This document shows, piece after piece, positions 40,062 to 47,359 of a DNA stretch of 64,000 bases. The notes beneath the pieces were generated by a model. The model had not been told where the DNA came from, ran no database searches, and saw only the letters and a program-made list of their open reading frames with translations. Numbering within the stretch: position 1 is the first letter of the stretch; each line of letters starts with the position of its first letter. A program made the translations under genes and the position numbers. This stretch comes from Candidatus Aldehydirespiratoraceae bacterium (GTDB lineage Bacteria > Actinomycetota > Acidimicrobiia > Acidimicrobiales > Aldehydirespiratoraceae): NCBI GenBank assembly GCA_965249055.1, contig CBDFKX010000002.1, forward strand, positions 3,212,134 through 3,276,133, read 5' to 3'.

Positions 40062-40484
40062 TCAGGCCCGGCCCTTCACACTGACTTGCTTCCGGATGAA
40101 CTGCCAGCGGGTGCCATCCCACCGCAGTTCATCGTCGTAGTGGGCGAGCGCCAAAATCTTCGGCGCATCGTCCACCACGTCGGTGAAGAGAATGTCCGCC
40201 GAGGAGGTGCCCGTATTGCCGTCGACCTTGATCAGGTGGTTGACCAGCACGTGCGTGCCGGAACCCTGCAGCTCCTGGGCAAGCCCGGCCACGATGGCCT
40301 CCCTCCCTCGCCACTGGTCACCTGTCGGCATGACGAAGACGGCATCCTCAGCGAAGTGAGCGCCGATCGCGTCGAGATCACTTCGGTCCATTGCATCGGC
40401 AAAGGAGCTGATGAGCTGACTCGCCGCACACGTCCGGCACGCGTCTGGCGCCGGTGGCTTGCCATCGCTGACTCCGTTTGACAT
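40062..40484 (-). CDS. SnoaL/NTF2-like protein
   Basis: HFAEDA, GREAI, THVLVN, HYDDEL..WQF. Confidence 0.75.
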   Translation of the reverse strand: MSNGVSDGKPPAPDACRTCAASQLISSFADAMDRSDLDAIGAHFAEDAVFVMPTGDQWRGREAIVAGLAQELQGSGTHVLVNHLIKVDGNTGTSSADILFTDVVDDAPKILALAHYDDELRWDGTRWQFIRKQVSVKGRA

Positions 40485-40537
40485 CTGCTGTCCTCTCGTC
40501 CTCTTGAAATCGCTCTCGCACGGTGCGATGAGGAGGC

Positions 40538-40577
40538 ATTGTTAAAGGACCTGACAACGAAGTCAAGGAATTGACTT
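40538..40577 (-). promoter_or_regulatory. sigma70-like promoter with overlapping palindromic operator
   Basis: Minus strand TTGACT-N17-AACAAT; perfect IR AAGTCAA-N4-TTGACTT at 40560-40577. Confidence 0.55.
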
Positions 40578-40887
40578 GGTACCAGTCCCTTGGCGTGGTG
40601 GGGTTTCGGTCCGGGTCCACCGTGGGGTGAGTCACCGGCGTGAGGCTCGGTGTGTAACTACCAAATTGCACACCAAGGAGACCACGTCGATGACTCTGTC
40701 TGCGTCTGCCATCAACGAATTACTTGCCGTTCTCGATCAGGGCGGCGGTGCCGATCTGGTTCGTCAGCTCGCCCAGTTCGGGATCCAGGAACTGATCGAG
40801 GCCGAAGCAACCGAGGCGATCGGCGCGGCGGTGTGGGAACGGGCGCCGGATCGGGTGACGCATCGCAACGGCCACCGCCCCCGAACC
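40578..40887 (+). mobile_element. IS256-family 5' remnant
   Basis: ATG 40690: QELIEAEATEAIGA..ER..RNGHRPR, cut at 40888. Confidence 0.75.
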
Positions 40888-41224
40888 TGTGCGGGCCCGA
40901 AACTCGGTCGTGTCCATTGACCAGGCACAACGCGGGCCGATCAGAGAAGCTCCATGTTTCGTATCTTGTGCCGTTCTCTCGCGTCGGTGGCACGTTTGGC
41001 TGTTCGTTCGGGCCGCTCCAAGGATCTCGAGATCATCGTCTTGCGTCACCAACTCGGCTTGCTGAACCGACAGTTGGACCGACCTCAACTCGCCGACGAC
41101 GACCGGACCCTGCGCGGCGCGATCGGTCAGGCCCTGCCCCGCTGCCTGCGTACGGGTTCGCTGGTGAGTCCTGACACGTTCCTGCCTTGGCATCGTCGTC
41201 GAGTCGCCCGTCGATTGGGGTGGG
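40888..41224 (+). mobile_element. IS481-like (rve integrase) 5' remnant
   Basis: TGT end similar to 43948; KDLEIIVLRHQL..WHRR. Confidence 0.7.
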
Positions 41225-41593
41225 TCAAATGGCGAACCCTGTTCCGGCGGTGCGATAGGCCTCTCGCGGGGGTGCGAAGATGTCGAGGATCTTCGCACCG
41301 GTTGGGCCGGCGATGAAGCCGTGTTCGACGTCGCCCGGCGTGCACCAGAAGTCGCCCTTTTCGACCGGGACCTCCACACCGTTTTGCATGCGGACGCCGC
41401 TGCCTTCCAGCAGTACCCCCCATTGTTCCTCTGCATGACCGTGGACTGTGCCTGCGCTGTGCGGGGCGAGGGTCACGACAGAAAGCATGGCGCGCTGGCC
41501 GACGAAGACTCGGGTGGCGATGCCGGGGGCCAGGGTGCGGGCGATACCTTCGCTCAGATCGTCGAGGTTGAAGAAGTTGTCGGGTCGGGCCAT
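41225..41593 (-). CDS. cupin domain protein
   Basis: AGGAGG RBS; HGHAEEQ..G, PGDVEH, DIFAPPRE. Confidence 0.85.
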   Translation of the reverse strand: MARPDNFFNLDDLSEGIARTLAPGIATRVFVGQRAMLSVVTLAPHSAGTVHGHAEEQWGVLLEGSGVRMQNGVEVPVEKGDFWCTPGDVEHGFIAGPTGAKILDIFAPPREAYRTAGTGFAI

Positions 41594-41667
41594 GTTGGTG
41601 TGTCCTCCTGTGGTGCCGAGTCGAGGCGCGCTCAGCAGCGTCGAGCGGCACCGAGTAGCAATTTCGT

Positions 41668-41842
41668 GTCGGACGGGCGAGTCTAACCCAAAGTACACGC
41701 GCCCCCTGGAGAATCGAGCTGGCCGCTGCATGAGCGTTTTGCCTGGTCAGAGGCTCACGGCCGCACGCGTGGGGGCCCGGGCTATGACCGCATGAGCCCA
41801 ACCACAGAAAATCTGACAGACCCGCTGGAGGCGGCGGCCTGA
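41668..41842 (+). repeat. att-like/recombinase-tail motif copy B (plus second tail B2)
   Basis: GTCGGACGGGCGAGTCTAACCCAAAGTACA; 21-codon tail ending AAA-stop as in copy A; CCGCTGGAGGCGGCGGCCTGA resembles end of copy C. Confidence 0.6.
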
Positions 41843-41881
41843 GGCCCAGCTCACGACGCCGCCAGATCCGAGACTCGCCGA

Positions 41882-41901
41882 TGTAGCACAGACGTGCTAC
41901 A
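41882..41901. promoter_or_regulatory. palindromic operator of vapBC-like pair
   Basis: TGTAGCAC-AGAC-GTGCTACA perfect IR 9 nt before ATG. Confidence 0.6.
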
Positions 41902-41910
41902 GTCCAAGTC

Positions 41911-42144
41911 ATGAGCACCACGACCGTCCGACTCGACGACGAGGACGAAGCCCTCCTCGACATGCTCGCACCTGAATACGGAGGGCGCTCCAGTGCGATC
42001 CGCCAAGCCCTCCGCACCCTCGCAGCCGATCGGAAACGCCGGAACGCCCTCAACGCGTTCCTCGCCGAATGGGACACCGAAGAAGGTCCGATCGATGAGG
42101 AAGCCGTCGCCGCGATGGCCGAACGATACGCCTGTGATTCTTGA
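41911..42144 (+). CDS. RHH/CopG antitoxin (VapB-like)
   Basis: MSTTTVRLDDED..GRSSAIRQAL; upstream of PIN gene. Confidence 0.75.
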   Translation: MSTTTVRLDDEDEALLDMLAPEYGGRSSAIRQALRTLAADRKRRNALNAFLAEWDTEEGPIDEEAVAAMAERYACDS

Positions 42145-42508
42145 CGCCGCGTTCCTCATCTCGATCGATCGAAGCGAGCGCACCGCCCACGCGTTCCTGA
42201 CTGCTGCCAGCAGATCCGAAACGGATCTTCACACCACCGACCCCGTCGTAGCGCAGGTGTGGCGGAACGGATCCCGACAAGCCCGGCTCGCGGCATTCCT
42301 CAAGACCATCTCGATCCACCCACTTGATGACGGTCGCCCAGTCGGACAGCTTCTCGCTCAGACCCAAACAGCAGACGTCGTTGACGCCCACCTGGTGATC
42401 ACCGCCCTTCGCCTCGGCGACGACATCCTCACCGGCGACCCCGACGACCTCGCGACCCTCAGCGCAGTGCTCGGCCCAGCAACGCCCGCCGTCCACGCGT
42501 GGCCGTGA
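42134..42508 (+). CDS. PIN-domain toxin (VapC-like)
   Basis: VILDAAFL, VVAQVWR, DVVDAH, ILTGDPDDL. Confidence 0.8.
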   Translation: MILDAAFLISIDRSERTAHAFLTAASRSETDLHTTDPVVAQVWRNGSRQARLAAFLKTISIHPLDDGRPVGQLLAQTQTADVVDAHLVITALRLGDDILTGDPDDLATLSAVLGPATPAVHAWP

Positions 42509-43055
42509 ACCCCAGTTCCCGAGGGTTCACCGTTCGGTCCTCGCTCTAGGCCCAGCTGGCGGTCGAGATCCTCGACGACCCGGCGCGGGATCCGCTCACG
42601 AGTTCGCACCGACAGTTCTGAACAAACCTCCCCCACCCCGCATCCAGCGTTGCCCATCGACTGTTCACACTCACGCAGGATCCGGCTCAGGCACGATGAT
42701 CTCCTGGAAGTTCCAGTAGCCACGGACCGAGAAGACGCTCGCGACCCCACCCGGTGTGAACCGCATGCTCGGGCACCTCGATGCCGATGAGCTGGCGGCC
42801 GCCGGCAAGAAATACCAAGAGGTTCTCGACGCAACCCGACGGTACGAGTCCGAGTCCGGATTCGATCCTGCACTGCCGGACCGGACGATCGTCTCCCAGA
42901 CGGTTCCTTCGGCCGTGAGGGGTCGCGCTACGCAGTGACTCGTCGCGCACTTCTCGCCTTGACGTCTGTACGCCCCCACCTGACACAAACGAGTTGGTCC
43001 GGCCGTGGACGTTCCCCTGTCATCTGCATTGCGCGCAGATCGAAAACCTGTTCGT

Positions 43056-43127
43056 GTCGGAGGGGGGAATGCAACCCTTAACCCACGCCACGGCAGCGGC
43101 TGGGTCCCGCTACCGGAGGCGGCCTGA
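43056..43127 (+). repeat. att-like/recombinase-tail motif copy C
   Basis: GTGTCGGAGGGGGGAATGCAACCC (from 43054) matches complement of the tRNA-Val 3' end at 17/24; encodes VGGGNATLNPR..EAA-stop. Confidence 0.6.
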
Positions 43128-43176
43128 ACCGGTCCCCCGGATACGACTCGCACGGCAGCCCGCATCGAGTGAGACC

Positions 43177-43204
43177 TTGGCAATTGTTGCCAAAGCGCTA
43201 TACT
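43177..43204 (+). promoter_or_regulatory. parDE promoter/operator
   Basis: TTGGCAA-TTG-TTGCCAA palindrome; TTGGCA-N16-TATACT 7 nt before ATG (leaderless). Confidence 0.6.
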
Positions 43205-43211
43205 GGTGGTC

Positions 43212-43445
43212 ATGACCACGATGAACGTGTCACTCCCAGACGAACTCAGGAGCTTCGTCAATTCCCAGGTCAACCATGGCAACTACGGATCGACAAGCGA
43301 ATACGTGCGCGATCTAATCCGCCGCGACCACGACCGCCGCCAACTCCGAACCGCACTGCTCGAAGGCGCCCGCTCCTCCATCGCCGGCCCCGCCGACGCC
43401 GCCTACTTCGCATCACTCAGAGCCCGAGCCGAAACCGACAGCTGA
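43212..43445 (+). CDS. parD: ParD-family antitoxin
   Basis: MNVSLPDEL..YGSTSEYVRDLIR..LLEG. Confidence 0.88.
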   Translation: MTTMNVSLPDELRSFVNSQVNHGNYGSTSEYVRDLIRRDHDRRQLRTALLEGARSSIAGPADAAYFASLRARAETDS

Positions 43446-43455
43446 GCACACACCA

Positions 43456-43782
43456 GTGCAAGCCGACATCCGCGCCCTCGCCGCAACCGACATCGAGGCC
43501 GCGGTGACCTACTACCGCTCCGAAGCCGGCCCCACAACCGCGCTCGACTTCGTCAACGCGCTTGAAGCCGCGATCAACCACCTCTGCCAACATCCGCTCA
43601 CTGGATCGCTCAGATTCGCCTTCGAACTGGAGATCCCAGATCTGCGGAACTGGTCCCTCCAGAAGTTCCCCTACCTCATCTTCTATGTCGCCGAAGACGA
43701 CCGCATCGACATCTGGCGCGTCCTACACGCCCGACGAGACATCCCGGCCTACCTAGCGCCAGACCCACACCCACCGGGGTGA
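43456..43782 (+). CDS. parE: ParE/RelE-family toxin
   Basis: A.DIE..YY, HP..GS.R, FPYLIFY, IWRVLHARRDI. Confidence 0.88.
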   Translation: MQADIRALAATDIEAAVTYYRSEAGPTTALDFVNALEAAINHLCQHPLTGSLRFAFELEIPDLRNWSLQKFPYLIFYVAEDDRIDIWRVLHARRDIPAYLAPDPHPPG

Positions 43783-43947
43783 TCATGGCACGGTGGTCAC
43801 ATCATCGCCGTCAGCCTCGGTGGCTTTGCGTCGGGGCCAATCCTCTTCCCCCAGTCGGCGAATTTCAACCAGTCCGCGTTTGCCCACCTTGAGCACGGAT
43901 GGCGCGACGCGCTCCGCGACGGCGTGACAGTTGGCGTTGATATCGCC

Positions 43948-44640
43948 TGTGGGGGCCGGAAACTGCGTCGTGATGGTTGACCAGGGCAAACGCGCCTCCA
44001 TCCTGAGCGTGCCGAGAACGCGTCGCTGCAGGTCACAGCATTGGCGGCCGGTATCGTCACCGGCTGTGTCATCGATCCTCTCGCACATGTTTCGGCTGCT
44101 GATCGCTCGTCTCGGGCTGCTGTTGGTGTCTGGTGACAAGCGTGACGCAGAGATACTCGCTCTTCGCCATCAGGTCCTGGTGCTGCAGCGCCAGATCGAT
44201 CAGCCGAGGTTCACGCCCGCTGACCGGACCGTGCTCGCCGTGCTATCGCGGGCATCTGATCGCCGACGACTGGGCCAGGTCATCTTGCTCGTGAAACCGG
44301 CGACGGTAATCGGATGGCATCGACGCCTCGTCGCGCGTCACTGGACCCAACCACCTGTGCCCCGAACCGGACGGCCACCCACATCAGCAGAGCTTCGCCG
44401 GCTGGTGTTGCGCGTTGACGCCGAGAACCCGAACTGGGGCTACCGCCGCATCCATGGCGAGATGCGCCGTCTCGGGCACCGACTAGCCGCGTCGACAGTA
44501 TGGAAGATCCTGCGAGACTCCGGACGTGAGCGCACCCCGAACCGCACCGGACCTTCGTGGAGCGAGTTCATTGCCAGCCAAGCCCATGCTCTTGTCGCGA
44601 CCGATTTCTTCTGCGTCGATACCGTCACGCTGCGCCGGTT
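43948..44640 (+). mobile_element. IS481-like (rve integrase) element, 3'-truncated
   Basis: TGT left end; EILALRHQ, ENPNWGYRRIHGE, ATDFFCVDT then breaks next to the tRNA. Confidence 0.8.
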
Positions 44641-44663
44641 CTCTGACCTGGTATTATGCATTG

Positions 44664-44737
44664 TGGGCGATGGGGGACTTGAACCCTCGACCTCTGCCGT
44701 GTGAAGGCAGCGCTCTAGCCGTCTGAGCTAATCGCCC
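44664..44737 (-). tRNA. tRNA-Val(CAC)
   Basis: GGGCGATTAGCTCAG..CTGCC-TTCACAC-GGCAG..GTTCAAGTC..ATCGCCCA cloverleaf. Confidence 0.95.
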
Positions 44738-44788
44738 GGCACGACGACGATACAGCCTCAAAGCTCTACTGCGATCCGCTCTAGGCCA

Positions 44789-46195
44789 TCAAGCAACGTC
44801 GGGAGCTACCGGGTTCAGGTCGAGCAGATCTTCGATCCAGGCGGTGACTTCAAGCACGCGGCCGTCGTCGTTTTGGTGGCCGACAACTTGCAGACCGACC
44901 GGCATGCCGTCAGACGTATAGCCAGATGCCGTGGTACCAGCGGGACGGCGCGTGACGTTGAGCGGGTAGGTGTTGCCGATCCACATATCGGTTTCTTCTC
45001 CGTTGATCATTCCCGGCCCTTCACAAAAGGGTGTCTGGCCGACAACGGTCGGGCTGAGCAACGCATCAAAACCAGACATCACCTCGGCAAGTCGAAGCGA
45101 CGCGGCCTGCGCTTGCTTGCGGGCGTCCTCTATGGCGTCAGGGGTCAAACGCTCGTCCGCTCCTTCGAGAATGTTCCGAAGCCCCGGAGTGATTTCTTCG
45201 AATGCAGGTGTGCCGAAGAGTTCCCGGTAAGTGGGAACCATGCCACCGTAAAAGAGCAACACGAACGGGCCGATTATTTCTGGCATGACCGGTTCAATGT
45301 CGACGACCTCCACCCCGGCCTGCTTCATGCGCTCAACCGCGCCCAAACAGCTAGCGAGGATCTCGTCGTCGACTGGGCTCCCTTCAATGTTCGGGCACCA
45401 CAGAACGCGCGCCGGAGCGGGCGGATCATCGAGCCGCGGACGTAGCGGCGCGATCGGGTCGAGCGAGCGCAGGTCACCCGGTGATGGGCCGCTTACTACG
45501 TCGAGCACCGTGGCAACGTCACGAATACGACGTGCCAACGGCCCCACCGTCGACAAGTCGCTTGCTCCCATCGGTGCCGGTCCGCTCGGTACTCGACCTT
45601 GCGTGGGCTTGTGCCCTGACAGGCCGGTGAGCGAAGACGGTATGCGGATCGATCCGCCTCCATCGGAACCGGTCCCCAACGGGATCATCCCCGAGCTGAT
45701 AGCGGCTGAGGTGCCTCCTGATGAACCGCCGGGCGAACGGTTGCTGCCCCAAGGGCTCACGGTCGCACCAAACACTGAATTGAACGTGTCGCCTGTCCAG
45801 CCGGCTTCCGGGGTGTTGGTCTTGCCGAGAATCACGCAACCCGCGGCGCGCATCCTGGCTACCTCGGTCGAGTCTTCGCGAGCTGGTGCCACATCGGCGA
45901 GATGCATGGCTCCGCGAGTTGTTTGGAAACCAGTTGCGTCGGCGAGGTCTTTCACTCCTATTGGTACTCCGGCCAAGGGACCGACCTCAGATCCGGCGTC
46001 CAATGCGCGGTCGATGTCGGCAGCTTGAGTTCGTGCAGCATCGGCGTCCACAGCAACAAAGGCGTTGAGCGCCGAGTTGAGGAGTTCAATACGTTCAAGC
46101 GCGGCGTTGGTGACCTCTGTGGCGCTCAACTCACGGGATTTGATGCGGCGCACCAATTCCTCAACGGTGATTGATCGAAAATCTGGGACGGTCAT
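44789..46195 (-). CDS. amidase signature family protein
   Basis: GVKDL, GKTNTPE, GGSSGG, GSDGGGSIRIP. Confidence 0.92.
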   Translation of the reverse strand: MTVPDFRSITVEELVRRIKSRELSATEVTNAALERIELLNSALNAFVAVDADAARTQAADIDRALDAGSEVGPLAGVPIGVKDLADATGFQTTRGAMHLADVAPAREDSTEVARMRAAGCVILGKTNTPEAGWTGDTFNSVFGATVSPWGSNRSPGGSSGGTSAAISSGMIPLGTGSDGGGSIRIPSSLTGLSGHKPTQGRVPSGPAPMGASDLSTVGPLARRIRDVATVLDVVSGPSPGDLRSLDPIAPLRPRLDDPPAPARVLWCPNIEGSPVDDEILASCLGAVERMKQAGVEVVDIEPVMPEIIGPFVLLFYGGMVPTYRELFGTPAFEEITPGLRNILEGADERLTPDAIEDARKQAQAASLRLAEVMSGFDALLSPTVVGQTPFCEGPGMINGEETDMWIGNTYPLNVTRRPAGTTASGYTSDGMPVGLQVVGHQNDDGRVLEVTAWIEDLLDLNPVAPDVA

Positions 46196-46309
46196 GCTGC
46201 CTCACGGTCCGGTGTTGGTTGGTTACAGAAGAACAAAGATACGCTATCGCCCGCTCTTGTTCGCTTCGCTCACCGGGCCGCTCGGGCCACGGGTCGCTAG
46301 CCTTCAGAG

Positions 46310-46630
46310 GTGCCTATCGTCGCCTGTCCGCACTGCGAGGAAGAAGAAAACCTCAAGGGCAACAATGTTGACGGCACCATTACCGTGACTTGCGGCGAAT
46401 GCGGTTTGGTTTGGGAGCGGGACATGAATCCACGCTGCCCACAGTGCCAAACAACCAATGTGAGAGCCGCCTGGCAGGCCACGCTCGACAAGAGCCGTGG
46501 CACTCAACTTTCCATTCAGTCACTCAATATCGTCTGGCTCTGCGGGGATTGCGACGCTGAGAAACTGCGCCGTTACCTCGACTCCAACGTGCCCTTGCCT
46601 CCTGACACGTTGCCCGTAAACCCAGACTGA
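46310..46630 (+). CDS. Cys-rich zinc-ribbon hypothetical protein
   Basis: Four CxxC pairs (CPHC, CGEC, CPQC, CGDC). Confidence 0.7.
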   Translation: MPIVACPHCEEEENLKGNNVDGTITVTCGECGLVWERDMNPRCPQCQTTNVRAAWQATLDKSRGTQLSIQSLNIVWLCGDCDAEKLRRYLDSNVPLPPDTLPVNPD

Positions 46631-46674
46631 GGGGCCTGTCAACCCAGACTGAGGGGCCTGTCAACCCAGACTGA
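46619..46674. repeat. 22-bp tandem repeat AACCCAGACTGAGGGGCCTGTC x2.5
   Basis: Exact copies at 46619 and 46641, partial at 46663. Confidence 0.9.
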
Positions 46675-46695
46675 AGATCGTGAGCAGCAAAAGCG

Positions 46696-47313
46696 CTATT
46701 GCGAGGGCGCAGGCGAGTCCGTGGGGGCAAGGGCGGCGCGCAGAAAGCGGGTCAGCTCCGTGCGGCGGACGACGGTAGCGCGCCGGGATGGGGGAATGCC
46801 CATTGCTCGCTGAACTTCGAGTTCGCTGGCAACACCAACCACGGTTGAGTACAGAGACAACAGAAGCATCGAGGGATCGGAGCGGCGCAGGCGGCCTGCG
46901 GTCATCTCACGCTCAAGGAACTCGCGGGCCCGGTGGACAGTCGGGCCGACGTGAGCGCTGAGGCGTCCCACCGTTATCGATCCCGGGCGGGTGACTTCTC
47001 TGACCAGCCCCAGAAGTTCAGGCCGGTTGACCGCTAGCCGGAAGATTCGACGAACGATTGCCTCTACTTGATCAATACCGGTCAGGCCCCGCGATGCCTC
47101 CTGTTCAAAAAGTTCAACAAGGTCTTCCGCGGCGGCATCGATCACCGAATCAAACAGCACCTGTTTCGATGGGAAGTAGTAGAGAATGGTCTGCTTTCGC
47201 ACACCCAGTTGGTCGGCCAAGGCGTCTAGTGAGGTGGCCGCATAGCCGTCGGTACCGTACGCCAGCAGTGCCGCATCCAGCACACGCTGACGGGTCGGCA
47301 CAAAATTGTTCAT
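46696..47313 (-). CDS. TetR-family regulator
   Basis: TSLDALA..GVRKQTILYYFPSK. Confidence 0.88.
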   Translation of the reverse strand: MNNFVPTRQRVLDAALLAYGTDGYAATSLDALADQLGVRKQTILYYFPSKQVLFDSVIDAAAEDLVELFEQEASRGLTGIDQVEAIVRRIFRLAVNRPELLGLVREVTRPGSITVGRLSAHVGPTVHRAREFLEREMTAGRLRRSDPSMLLLSLYSTVVGVASELEVQRAMGIPPSRRATVVRRTELTRFLRAALAPTDSPAPSQ

Positions 47314-47318
47314 GCCTT

Positions 47319-47352
47319 CTCTCTACCATTTGGTAGAGAGTTTTGCTATAAC
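47319..47352. promoter_or_regulatory. probable TetR operator and extended -10
   Basis: Perfect IR CTCTCTACCA-TT-TGGTAGAGAG; TGC-TATAAC 7 nt before GTG 47360. Confidence 0.65.
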
Positions 47353-47359
47353 AAGTACT

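Larger units (their letters stand above)
18896..44663. mobile_element. genomic island abutting tRNA-Val 3' end (left boundary approximate)
   Basis: Begins at truncated oppB, ends at tRNA; TA modules and IS remnants at the ends; catabolic core appears more GC-rich; no intact integrase seen. Confidence 0.55.

Noticed and set aside
42660-42938. Coding-like fragment with internal TAG
   Set aside because: No recognisable family or start; cannot be supported as a gene.
42945-42990. Possible inverted fourth att-like copy (rc GTGTCAGGTGGGGGCGTAC)
   Set aside because: Needs several indels to align; too weak to call.
46619-46674. Mini CRISPR array
   Set aside because: Units are contiguous and identical with no unique spacers; no cas genes in the window.
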